Positions 10,550 to 23,929 are shown, counted from the stretch's first letter. The stretch: DNA of 64,000 nucleotides from Ministeria vibrans ATCC 50519 (GCA_943704425.1 CALSCP010001494.1:86848-150847); one strand, 5' to 3'. Notes: a model not told the origin generated them from the sequence alone. A program made the numbers and translations.

Positions 10550-13500
10550 CTTGATTGGGCGGGAACCATTCCACTAGTGCGCGAAGGAGTCATCTCCATC
10601 GCAAGATCAGCAAGGTCGCTGGTGCGGGGACCCAGGCGCGCGTGGCGAGCGGGTGACACGAGCTCGTCGTCGCGCAGTGCGGACGGCACGACCTGCATGC
10701 GCGACCGGGAGAGCGACGGTGCACCCAGTGACGAGCGTGGCGCAGACATCCGTGACTCCGTCGTCGACAGATTGTGCGCCATTAAATCATCATATAATGA
10801 TTGTTGGTCTAAGTTAATACAATCATTGTTAATAAATAAAAAAGCAAACAACACCCCGGTTCTCTCTCTTTCTCTTTGTCTTACCCATCACAAATTTTTC
10901 GGGCGTATCCCATTGGGCAACTGACGAAAGGTTAGACGAGGCTGGGGCAACAGAGAAGCGACGATCGAAGACGGAGATTTCAGAGATGGCCGACGGACGC
11001 GCTGAAAGATTGACATGCTCTGGGGGTACAACAGAGGTACGGCGACTTGCGCTGAGTGCCGAGTTGAACGCCACCTGTTTGTTGTTGGAGGATCCTGAGC
11101 CACTCTTCGTCTTGGTCTTGGTCTTGCCCGGAGTGCCCGACGTCGTCTTGGTGCCGGCCGACAGCGACGAGCGCGTCATCTGAACCCACCAGTAGGACCA
11201 TTCGGCGCGTACACGACGACGGAAGCAGTACGCAATGCACAGGAGGAGTCCCTGCAGCGAATTGAATACGACAAACGGGTAGTAGAATCCGTAGAGGCCC
11301 GAAATGACTGCGAGGTAACCAAAGGTCCACGTGAGGCCCAGCGACACAACGAGCGTCGCGGACACTGCGAAATGTTCACGGTAAAGCTGCATGCGAGGGC
11401 GTCGCTGCTGCAGCTTGGACGAAATCTTGCGCGACTCGTGCAGGATGTATGCAGATCGGGCAAACACACAGACGTTGATGAGGATCACAATTCCCACTGC
11501 ACAAGAGAGAAGTAGAAGAGAGAAAAGAAAAGAAAGGAAAGAAAAGAATACCGTCACGTGATTAGTTTAGTCCACAAAAAAAAAAACAAACCTGGAATGA
11601 GAAAGGCGCCAATGAGACCCCACTTGGAGGAGATCCAGCAGCGCGAGGTGTTGCCCAGACCAATAGAGTCGATAGCACTGTGCTCAATGATGACGACGAT
11701 AATGGTGAGCAGGGCCGGCAAGCCCCAGCCAACCATGGCGTAGTACTTGGTGCCCTTGCGCCACGACGAAGTGAAGCCACTCCACATGTTGTGGCCAATG
11801 CACGCCATCCAGGTGAAGGACGCCATGAGAAAATAGTACAGCAGAATGGCAACCGTCTCGCATCCGGCACGGTTCGACGTGCGATCAATGCCCACAAGGA
11901 AAACGAGGTTAACCAGAAAGATGGCCACCGACAGATGCATAATGAGCACAATGGGTCCGGTGCGCAACTTGGGCAACAACAAGAATGTGACGACCAGGAT
12001 GAAACAGCCAATCATGCTCAGGATGCAACCGACATAGGTGAACACCACCAAAACAGTGTCACTGCTGTCGAGCGAACCGGACGTGTCAAAGAGCACAGCA
12101 AAATTGGTCAAGTGATTGCACTGACACTCGGTATAGAGCGGATCCGTGCTCGCCAGCGTCACGCACCCCTCTTTGCTCCACAACGACTCGTCATCGTCCC
12201 AGAACACACACTGGCGCATGCTGCCGGTCGGCGGCGCAGCCGAGCCACTCTTGTGGTAGATGGTGAAGCGAAGACGACTGCGGTCGGGGACGCCGGCGAC
12301 GTTCACCGACGCGACACTCAGGCTGACCACGTCCGAGTCGATGAGTGACGACGCCTGTGACGACAGTGAGCTCTCGTAGGGATTTTCAAACACGGTCAAT
12401 TGCATGCCATAACAACCGTCGGTGTCCTTGCCAAACAACGTGTTGTTCATGTCGTTGTCAAAGGTAGACGGAATGAACACGGAGGCGGTGCCGCCCGGAT
12501 CGGCAAGGGTGCCCGCGATAAAGGCCTGACGACGAATCTGCGAGCGCACACTGTCAAGCTGAAGATTGCGCGCCTCGCCACAGGCTTGACCGTTGGCAAG
12601 ACCAGACATGAGAGATTCGGTGAGCGAGCCCACGTCGTTGTTCAGCTTGAACTGCTTGAGGGTCGCCACAAACGAAGGTTTGGTGAGCGCATTAACCATG
12701 TTCCAGACAGCGGTGGCCGAGTCCGAAAGGTTCCCAGTCGTCGTCGAGGTGTTTCCCAGGCCGCCCCCGCTGACGAGGCTCGAGATCTCTTTCAGCGAAA
12801 CAAACAACGTTGTGAGCGTCGCGTTGGCCGTCGTGTTGTCCGCAAAGGAGCTGTTGAGGATGGTCGACACCGACTCGATCATGGCCGTCTCGACCACCGT
12901 TGAGTCGTTGAGCGAATGGGCGGACACATAGCGCAGGGAACACTCGGTAGACGTCGCGTCGGCTCTGTTCCCCGAGCTGATAGATTCGACAGCAGGGGAG
13001 ACAACGGATGTGAATGGATAGGCAGGATCCAAACACAAGTCAGGGTTGTCGACAATGGAGACGCCGGAGCCGATGGAAAGGAGGCCCCGGCGAAGGAGAA
13101 CGACTTCCTGCAGGACATCGTTGTTCTCGATCGAGAGCACACCGCCAATGTGCAAAACGTTGTCAAAGCTCGGCGACAGCGTTTTGAGCGAGTCGAGAGA
13201 GCGCAGGACAAGCGAGTCGCTGATGTTTATAACCTTAGAAAACAACTCGGTGGTGGTCAGAGAAGGAAGTTCGCTCAGTTCGATGGAGTTCGAATGGACC
13301 GTCAGCAACGAGGGGGTGGCGGCGTGACCAAGTGTCTCGAGAACGCTATTGTTAGCGAAGACAATAGCATTGGAGACAGAAGTGAGCGATGGAAACCCCG
13401 CAACTGAAGTGAGAGCGGCGTTTTCGGTGACGGTGAGTGAACCTCCAATAGTGGTGAGGGACGGGAAATGCAGGATCGTCGACAGTTTAGTGTTATGAAA

Positions 13501-15045
13501 GACCAGGCTGCCAGCGATCGTGGTGAGCAAGTCGAAGCTGAAAAACGAGACGAGGGCAGGGCAGTCCTCGAATTGAAGGGAGCCACTGATGGTAGTGAGG
13601 CTCGGAGAGAACGCCGGGACGCTCGTGAGCAACGAAAGGTTTCGCAAGACGAAGCTGTTGCCAATGTAGTTGAGCGAATCAAATGACGGCAGTTGCGTGA
13701 GAAGTGAATTGTCACTGATAAGGACGCCGCCACCGATGGCGTTCAGCGAGCCGGGGCCAGGTGCCGACACGAGTTTGGCGTTGCGCGAAATATCCAAGCC
13801 ACCCTTGATCTGCAGCAGCGGTGCAAAAGCAAAGATGCTTTCGAGGGCGCTGTTGTCGCTGACGACGAGGTTTGACGCGGAGCTGAGCGAGGTGAACGAC
13901 CACGAGCCGAGCTGGGTGATGGCCGGGTTCTCGATGATGAGAATGGCCGAAACACTGGAGAGAGCGTTGAAAGTGGTGATGTTGGTGAGCAGTGGGTTCT
14001 TCTCGATGACGAGGTTGCCACCAATGGTGGTGAGAAGCTCGAATTGCGACAGACGCGTGAGACCATCACAGTTGGAGATGGTGAGGTGACCACCGACGGA
14101 CTTGAGTTTGTTGAAGTTGAGGTCGGGAACGATGTCCAGCAGGGTGACGGTGAAGCTACCGTTCACACTGTCAAGATTGTAAAAGCCTCCGTTGATGTCG
14201 GCGAGCAGCGGAAGGTTGTTGAGCGTGAGCGAACCCCCGACGGTCGTGAGCACCCTCATGGTGCTGAGTGTGGTAAGGGACGGCAAGTTTTCGAGGATCA
14301 CGTCGCCAAGTACGGTCGAAACCTCAGCGTGTCCTTGTACCGAGGTCATGGCGGCGTTGTCCTTGACAATAAGGCTACCGCCAATGGTCTGGATTGACGT
14401 GTTGAGGATGTTAACAAGCTTGGGACAGTTGGTGACGGTGTAGGTGCCGGAGAGAGTAGAAATGTCATTAAGTGTCGTCCAGCTGAGCAACTCGGGGTTG
14501 TTGTTGATGAAAAAGTCGTTGGCAATGCTGCTGAGTCGCGAGAGGCCGTTAAGCGAAGTGATTGCAGCGTTGCTGTCAACAATGAGACTGTCCGCGATTG
14601 TCTGGAGCTGAGATAGGCCTGAGAGGCTCGTGAGGCTCGCGGTGAAACGCACAATGAGCGACGCAACCGTGGCGAGATTGGGGAAGTCAACGCCGGTGAA
14701 GATGCCGCCGTTGAGGGTAAGGCTACCGAAGACCGTTTGCAAACCGGCCAGGCCATTGAGGTGAGCTTCGAGATTGTTCATGGTGAGAGAGCCCTCGATG
14801 GTCACTGTGTTGGCGAGCGGCGAAAGCGATGTCAATAAGTTACACTCATCCAGTGTGAGTGAGCCCTTGAAGACCTCCACGTTGGTGTACGGCGCGACAT
14901 CTTGATCGGTTGCTTGCGACGAAAACGTTACATCGCCAATGACTTCCGTGCAAGCGGTCGTCACAGCGGTTGATAGACACGTCACCGCCACACCAGATGA
15001 CACGCATGTCGCCAAGAGAAGGCCTACAGCCAAGGCGAAGCGCAT
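10550..15045 (-). CDS. Adhesion GPCR: signal peptide, long receptor-L-domain/LRR-like solenoid, GAIN/GPS, 7TM, Ser-rich tail; 3' end in gap
   Basis: MRFALAVGLLLATCVSSGVA; CTEVIGDV then repeated L..I.G.L.I..N..L units; CVFWDDDESLWSKEGC..CQCNHLTNFAVLF; secretin-family 7TM (LLYYFLMASFTWM, GWGLP, CWI, LGLTWTFG, FNSLQG). Confidence 0.93.
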
Positions 15046-15596
15046 CTGGGAACAGGCTAAGGTGACAAAAATAAAATTATTATTAAATTCTCACAAAAAA
15101 GAAGAAGAAAAAAAAAGAAAAAAGACGACAAGAGAGATTGGTGTTCAGAGCAAAGGCAGGATTGAAAGGTAGTCGTAGGAGGGGTATCTCATACACACAT
15201 GCGGCGAGATCGAGCGCCAGACGGCGAATAAGCACCGTACGTCCCGAATCGGGTCTGCGGGCGCGCCTCTAAATGCGTCACACAGTGCGCTTCCCACAAA
15301 AAGCAAACCAGAAGAGCCGCAGGCAGGGGAGGTGGCGCACGCCCACCGCGGTGGTTGTAGATTGTGTGTTGGAAGATGTCACAAGGACGGGGGTGCTCGC
15401 ATGAAGTCGGGGTGACACGGAAGAGCAGAAAAGAGAAGAAAAAAAAAATTCCTGCATTGTGGCGAAGAGGAATGCAAAAACGAAAAAAATGCATGACTGT
15501 GGCGGGAAGGGCAGCGCAACGTGGATTGAAGGAAGCCCCCAGTGACGAGAGTGGAGGTGGCGTGGGAGAAGGGGAAAAGCGACAAACACAGAAAGT

Positions 15597-15649
<53 letters not shown>

Positions 15650-16341
15650 TGCGGGGTCGACAAGTGGACGCGTCACACTCTGCAAGGGACAGGAAAGGGA
15701 AGGACGCATTGACAGTGTCCTCGGCTCGGCAGAGACAGCGCCCATGGACACCGCAGCAATGGTCGAGAGAGTGCGAAATATGCGTTTGCTGGTTTACTTA
15801 CGGAGAGAGAACACAAGTCGAGTAGAGGCGCAGGTGGATACACGAGAAGCTAACGAGTGTGAAAGGAAGCAGGTTCAAGCAAAACGACAGAAAAAATGAT
15901 GAAGAAAAAAATTAAACGAGAAAGTTCAATAGTTCATAAACAGTAAGAGCGAAGTAGCGAAGAAGGAAGCGGTCAACCGGAAGAAGAACAGAGATGACAA
16001 CAAAGACTATCCATCACGTTATTCACGTAAGCCAATAAAGCAATAGACAAGAGTCGTTAGACTTTAGAGTGCTGAATGGGAGGGAAAGAACAAACATACA
16101 CAATGACAGTAAATAAATAAAATATAATAATAATAATTATTATTAATGTTTATTAAATTTATTACTGTATTATTATTTAATAGAGAATCGAGAGCTTAAT
16201 AAAAGTGTAATAGCTTAAGAAATATAAATGGGCTGCATTCTTCTTCTTAGAAATTAATTACAAAAAGAGCTCAGTACGCGACAACCGCCGACAAGAGCGA
16301 CGAAAGGAATCGGAGACAGGTTGGGTCACTTAGGTGATGGC

Positions 16342-19300
16342 TCACACGCCCGAAGCGTCCACTCCATCAAGGAGACCGCCGAGATCGCGATGAGCCTCGG
16401 AGGCACACGCAGCACGGTCGCCCATTTGCGCAAGTTCGGCGGCAAGTTCGTTCATCGACGGACGACGAGCGGGGTCGCCGTGCCAGCACTCAAGCATGAG
16501 ACGATGCCATTGCACGGGGCAAGCGCGTGGCTGTGCTAGACGTCGGCCCTCAAGCAGTGCCTGTATGACCCGTCGGGCAGTCTGAAGCGCCTTGAACGGA
16601 CGTGAGGTGCCAAAAGTTGCCGCTTCCCACATGAGCACACCAAAGCTCCAAACATCGCTGGCACGCGAGTACCGCTGATGCGTCAGTGCCTCCACTGCCA
16701 TCCATCGCACAGGAAGACGACCGCTCGCCAAAAGCTCATCGCCCGTACCGTCCGCACTACCTTCGGGTTGCGCCAGTCCAAAGCCCGCCAATTTCACAAC
16801 ACCACCGTCGCACACAAGACAGTTGCGCGCCGCCACGTCGCGATGAACAATCCGTTTCTCAGCAAGGAACGCAACTGCATTAGCAATCTACAAAAGAAGA
16901 AAAGAAGAAGAAAAGAGGTAAACACGCGCAGGAGAGACCAACAACAAGAACAACAACAATAAAAAAATTTATATTCAAAAATACCTGCTTCACAATGCCA
17001 AGTTGATCGGCATACGTGATCTGAACTGTCGCACTGGTGGCACAGCGACGCAAAAAGTTGCGCAGATCACCGTACGTGCAGAGCTCCGTGACAAGGAGCC
17101 ATGGACGCTCGGGGAGACACACGCCAATGAGAGAGAGCACATTGTCGTGCCGGAGGGTTGCAAGCAGACGCGCAACGCGGAGTAGAGTGCTCTTGTGCGC
17201 CGCAGATGCGTCCGCTTCCAACACTTCGACAGCCACCGTGCGACGAGATCCACCCGCAACACCGTCCGTCGTGGTCGCCTCGACCATTAGACCAAACTCC
17301 CCCTGGCCCATGTCAGCAACCTTCTCGAGCCACGAGCGGTTGTACATCTCTCCTGACAGGTCGTTCAACTCCGTCGGTGCCGTCGACGTCATTTCCACCA
17401 TTTCAGTGTCGTTCTCAACGGCACTCTCGCCGCGCAAGTCACTCGTCTCAAGCATCAACACATCCCCAGTCGTGGCTGTGACAGGGTCCGTCGAGGCACC
17501 GTGCAAAGCAGCAGCAGCAGCAGAGCGGTAGGGACGATGGCGACTCGCACGCGAGCCTACTGACGCGTACAGGACCTCGTCAACCTCGTCGGTGCGTCCT
17601 GACTTGGTCGCCTCCTTGAACTTTTGGTAGTCGTCGCCGGGCTCGGCAAAGACCGTGTCGTACAGTCGCGACGCGAGCATGTCGCGCTCGGAGCGATTCT
17701 CGTAGACACCCTCGTCGGTCAGAGTGCCGTAGTTGAGCGTCGAATGGCGCTCCACGCGACGGTTGCCGTAGTTCGAGTCGACGCCCTCCTCATACGTGTT
17801 GCCGTACATCGCGACGGCCGCGTCGGGGCTGTTGCCGTATATCGCGTTGGTGTTAGCACCCACGCCATTCCAGTAGACGGGCCTGTCGGCGTTGCCACTG
17901 TTACCATATACCACAGACAAGGAAGGAACATCGGAGTAGACGGCTGGTCGAAGCGCACCATTGCTGTAGACGGGCGCTTCGTGCTCGCCCACTCCCGGAC
18001 GTGCCACGTCCGAATACGCGACTGAGTCGTGTCGACGCAGGTTGCTGCTCATGCCGCTGGGTGGACGATTGGCCTTTACTGACATGTAACTCACCGTCTC
18101 CTGACGGCGCAGCGCTCCTTCGCGTCGTCGACTGCCAGCACCACCACTACCACCAGCGTTGCCGCCCAGCTTAGAGAATGTCATGCTGGCACGACGACCG
18201 AACCCCTCGTTGTTGCCGTACTCGGCTGCAAGATCCGCTTCGGCAAACGACTCCCCACGATGGGGACGCTGGTGATTAGAGTACACGCCGTGGCTGTTGT
18301 CCCCAGCGTAGTCATACATGGGAGCGTCACGGCTGCCCGCACCATTGGCGTACAGTGTACCGTTCACGCTGTCTATGCCATCGGAGTACATTGTGTCCTC
18401 GCGGCCCGCACCATTCGCGTACATGCCACCAGCGGCATTTGTGTCAAGACGAGCTCTGCTCGCTGCATTTTCACTGGCATTGGCATAAAGCATAAAGTCG
18501 GCATTGACATAAAGTGCATCATCTTGGCCAGAGCCACTCCCTCCCGCGCGATTTCCGTAAGTACCGTACGTGGCCGGATCTTCATCCGCGCCGTTGGCAG
18601 TACGATTACTGAAGTCGCACGCATTTGCATACACGACCATGTGGTCGTCGCCCTCAAGGAGACCGCCCGCAACGTGCAGGACACGCTCGTGACCACGTCG
18701 ATTGCCGTACACCGCTGTACCATCGTCGGCGTACCAGACGCCGTCGCGACCCAGCGTCAGCGCATTCTGGTAGATGGCGTCTCCCTCGGCGTTGCGATAG
18801 ACCCCATCCGTACCGCGTGTCAGTCCGCGATTGCCGTACACCGGCTCGCTTTGTGCGTTGCGGTAAATGCCATCGTGGCCGAGCCGCAACGATTCGTCAG
18901 GCGCCGCCTTGTACACAATGTGACCCTGAAAGTCGGTGTAGATGTTGCACACGGGGTCGTGACGCAAACGCATGTCAACAACGGGACCCTTGCCATTGAC
19001 ACGATAGGCGCCGTCCCGGCCCAACACTGCGTACTGGATGGCAGCGTACACATAGTCTGATTCACCCGCAACCGTGTTCTTGACTGTGTCGTAAGCGCGG
19101 AGGCGCTCGGCACGCTGGGTAAACTCAATGGGTGCGACATAGTCAAGAAGCGAATCGTCGTCGCCATCGCCGCTGTCGTCGGAGCCCGGCAGTGTCTCGA
19201 GGCGCACCGAGTCAGCGTGGGTCAATTGGAAGGCGGGATTGGTGGACATGACGGAGAGGGAGTGCTCGAGCAGCATAGAATTGTCCGAGAGTGTTTGCTT

Positions 19301-22300
19301 GTGCAGACGATCGCGACGCAACACCAAAACTACAATGAGCACCAAGAGTACAATGCCCACACCTGCACCGGCAATCGCAGCGCCGATACTTGCGGAACTT
19401 GAAGCACCGTTTTGCGCGGCGCCTCCAGCAAACGTACAGTTGCCACACAGCTTGTCGGAGCAGACAAGGCCAAACGAGGCGCAGTCACAGGAGAAGTCAG
19501 TGCCGCCGGCGAGTTCGGTACATTCAACAAAATTCTGGCAGGGATTTGGAGTGCACGGGGTGGGGGTCTCGCAGAGGTCGCCGGCAAAATGATCGGGACA
19601 GGTGCATGTAAAGGATTGGTCCAGGTCGGTGCAATTGCCGCCGTTCTGGCACGGACTCGATGTGCACTCGTCGAAGGAGAAGATGGTCAGAGCTACGGAC
19701 GAGCCGTCGACGGAGCCACAGGCATCAATGTCATTTAGACACGCAAGCGCACGTCGTCGTGAAGAGCCTTCTTGCAAGGCAGGAAACCACTGGTCAACAA
19801 CGCCCGCAGCCTCCGTCCAATAGAGCTCGCCGTCCGTTTCGCTGGTGTCAGCGCCGCGAGCCAGAAGGACTTCGTACGGCAGATCAAATGCGGCACTGCC
19901 GAGTGCCGGCACATTCAAAGAGATGGCGGCCGGTAAGAGCGACTCGGCGCTCTCGGGGGCCTCGGGGAGCGTTGAAAAATCGACGTCCATATTGACAAAC
20001 ACGGTTACGTTGACAAAGACAGCGCCAGGCGGGAAGAAGACAATGAGATTGCCGAGGGAAAACTGACCGCCCGAAGGTGACAGGACAAATCCTTGCGAGT
20101 CACAGAGGTCACCAACGAAGCCAGAGGCACAGCGACAGTCAAACGCGTTCAAGAGGTCGGTGCAGGCGCCACCATTCTGACAAGGAGATGAACCACACTC
20201 GTCAATGTTGCTGGAACAATGGTCATCGGTAAATCCGGGAACGCACGTGCACAGGTAGCCAAGGTGTGTGTCCTGACATGTGCCACTGTTCTGGCACGGA
20301 GATGAAGAACACTCGTCAATGCTTGCAGCACAGTACATGCCGGTGTAGCCCGCAGCACAAAGGCATTCGTACGAAGCAATTCCGTCGATACAGGTGGCGC
20401 CATTCTGACATGAGGTCGAAGTGCAGTCGTCGATGTTCACCGCACACGCAGCCCCAGTGTAGCCAGCAACACAGGTGCACGCAAAACCGTCTACCGCATC
20501 CATGCAAGTGCCTGCATGTTGACAAGGGGTCGAAAGACACTCGTTGATATCAAGGTTACACAGAGTGCCTGAGAAGCCTGACGCGCAGCTGCATGTAAAA
20601 CCACTGAGATTGTCAGTGCAAGTGCCGCCGTTCCGGCATGGAGTTGAGGCACACTCGTTGATGTCAATCGCGCAGGTAGCGCCGTTGTAGCCCGGTGTGC
20701 AGGCACATGTGTACGAGTTGACTCCGTCACTGCAAGTGCCGCCGTTGGCACAAGGGTTGGGAGTGCACTCGTCAATGTCGTTGGAGCAAGTGACACCGTC
20801 GTATCCAGGAGCACAGGCACATGTGTACGAGTTGACTCCGTCACTGCAAGTGCCGCCGTTGGCGCAAGGGTTAGAAGAGCACTCGTTGATGTCGTTGGAG
20901 CAAGTGACACCGTCGTATCCAGAAGCACAGGCACATGTGTACGAGTTGACTCCGTCACTGCAAGTGCCGCCGTTGGCGCAAGGGTTAGAAGAGCACTCGT
21001 TGATGTTGTTGGAGCAAGTGACACCGTCGTATCCAGAAGCACAGTTGCAGCTGAACCCATTGACTGTGTCCACGCAAGCGCCTCCATTCCCACACGGTGA
21101 CGAGCCACACTCATCCTTCTCCGTCTCGCACAGCACTCCGTGGTAGCCGGGAACGCAGGTGCAACTGAAACTGTTGACTTGGTCGGCGCAAGTGCCACCG
21201 TTGCCACAAGGGTTGGGAGTGCATTCGTCTATGTCGATTGCGCAGGTAGCGCCGTTGTAGCCCGGTGTGCAGGCACATGTGTACGAGTTGACTCCGTCAC
21301 TGCAAGTGCCGCCGTTGGCACAAGGGTTGGGAGTGCACTCGTCAATGTCGTTGGAGCACGTGACACCGTCGTATCCAGAAGCACAGGCACAAGTGTACGA
21401 GTTGACTCCGTCACTGCACGTACCACCGTTCTGGCAGGGATTTGGCGAGCACTCGTCAATGTCGTTGGAGCAAGTGACACCGTCGTATCCAGAAGCACAG
21501 GCACAAGTGTACGAGTTGACTCCGTCACTGCACGTACCACCGTTCTGGCAGGAATTTGGCGAGCACTCGTCAATGTCGTTGGAGCACGTGACACCGTCGT
21601 ATCCAGAAGCACAGGCACAAGTGTACGAGTTGACTCCGTCACTGCACGTACCACCGTTCTGGCAGGAATTTGGCGAGCACTCGTCAATGTCGTTGGAGCA
21701 AGTGACACCGTCGTATCCAGAAGCACAGGCACAAGTGTACGAGTTGACTCCGTCACTGCAAGTGCCGCCGTTGGCGCAAGGGTTAGAAGAGCACTCGTTG
21801 ATGTTGTTGGAGCAAGTGACACCGTCGTATCCAGAAGCACAGTTGCAGCTGAACCCATTGACTGTGTCCACGCAAGCGCCTCCATTCCCACACGGTGACG
21901 AGCCACACTCATCCTTCTCCGTCTCGCACAGCACTCCGTGGTAGCCGGGAACGCAGGTGCAACTGAAACTGTTGACTTGGTCGGCGCAAGTGCCACCGTT
22001 GCCACAAGGGTTGGGAGTGCATTCGTCTATGTCGATTGCGCAGGTAGCGCCGTTGTAGCCCGGTGTGCAGGCACATGTGTACGAGTTGACTCCGTCACTG
22101 CAAGTGCCGCCGTTGGCACAAGGGTTGGGAGTGCACTCGTCAATGTCGTTGGAGCAAGTGACGCCGTCGTATCCAGGAGCACAGGCACATGTGTACGAGT
22201 TGACTCCGTCACTGCAAGTGCCGCCGTTGGCGCAAGGGTTAGAAGAGCACTCGTTGATGTTGTTGGAGCAAGTGACACCGTCGTATCCAGGAGCACAGGC

Positions 22301-23880
22301 ACATGTGTACGAGTTGACTCCGTCACTGCAAGTGCCGCCGTTGGCACAAGGGTTGGGAGTGCACTCGTCAATGTCGTTGGAGCAAGTGACACCGTCGTAT
22401 CCAGGAGCACAGGCACATGTGTACGAGTTGACTCCGTCACTGCACGTACCACCGTTCTGGCAGGAATTTGGCGAGCACTCGTCAATGTCGTTGGAGCAAG
22501 TGACACCGTCGTATCCAGGAGCACAGGCACAAGTGTACGAGTTGACTCCGTCACTGCAAGTGCCGCCGTTGGCGCAAGGGTTAGAAGAGCACTCGTTGAT
22601 GTCGTTGGAGCAAGTGACACCGTCGTATCCAGGAGCACAGGCACATGTGTACGAGTTGACTCCGTCACTGCAAGTGCCGCCGTTCTGGCAGGGGTTTGGC
22701 GAACACTCGTTGATGTTGTTGGCACAAGTGGCACCATTGTAGCCTGATCGGCATGAACAAGTGTACGAATTCACTCCATCACGACAGGTGCCACCATTCC
22801 GACACGGCGTGGATGCGCACTCGTTGATGTTGATGTCGCAAAAGTTTCCGCCGTAGCCTGCAGCACAGATGCAGGTCGTGGCGGTCGCACAGACACCTCC
22901 GTTCTGACAGTTGGCACAGCCGCCGCCACCCCCAAACGTACACCAGTTTTTGGCGGCAGTTGAGCCAAAGAACACCTGTGACGTCGAGAGTGAGGGGTTA
23001 CTCGAGAAGACACATGTTCCTGAAAAGGACACAAAGGAGATAAGACGAAAGTGGTTGAGCACTTGCATGGAGGAGACGGTGAGACCGCCGCTGATGCGAT
23101 GGAGCGACGAGATCTCGACTGTTGCCAGCCGGTCGTTGTCATGAAAGACAATGCCACCGCCCACTTCGTACAAACTAGGAAGATGCATTTGAACAGGAGA
23201 TGTGTTGCCCTCAACGTGGAACTCGGCCCAGATAGATGTGAGCCTAAATTTGCAATGGGTATCAGACTAAGAAAGAGACACAGGATACAGACATTCATAC
23301 CCGTTCATGTTAATGTTAGAGAGGGAATTACAGCCCAAGATGTAGAAACCAGACGCCTGCCACTGGACTCCCTGAATGCTATTCAAGGAATGCAGCCATT
23401 CAAGCGAATGCATCCCCGGAAGGTTCGAGAGCTGCCAAACGAACCAGACGAAACGAAAGGAAGTTTTATCAACACACGAAAAAAGAAAGGTTCCAATCCT
23501 TACGTAAACGCGGCCTTTGACAGTCTGTAGCCTGTTAAAGTCGCTCTTCAACGAGTTAAACTGCACAAGAGAGAAGAAGAGAAGAAACAAAGGCACGTTG
23601 TGGTTTCGTATTTCACAAGTTGGGCAAACGATTCCTCACCAGCGCATTCGTAATGGTCCGGTCCTTGATTTCAAGGTTCCCATTCAGTGTCGTGCACCCG
23701 CTGAAGCGACTGGATCCCCCGCCTGTCCACGCTCCGCCCTCGCAAGCTGGACAGAGAAGATTTTGTTTAAAAAAAAACATCTAGGAAACCGCGAGCAGGC
23801 AGACAGCGCCCTTCCCCAGGCTCCCCACAGCCGCTCGATGTCACAAGGCAACGGCAGGGGAGGACCGGACGGCGTGGACA

Positions 23881-23929
<49 letters not shown>

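Noticed and set aside
15189-15825. ORFs upstream of the L-domain adhesion GPCR
   Set aside because: Poly-A/poly-T-driven low-complexity frames, probably 5' UTR intron or promoter; an acceptor AG sits right before the ATG at 15045.
20491-22747. Long repetitive antisense and alternate-frame ORFs over the EGF array
   Set aside because: Shadows of the 114-bp coding repeat, which happens to lack stops in other frames.
16880-23188. Calling the EGF-rich receptor Notch, Delta or EGFR
   Set aside because: No LNR, ankyrin or DSL domains and no furin-like Cys-rich domain; it ends in a TK-family domain.
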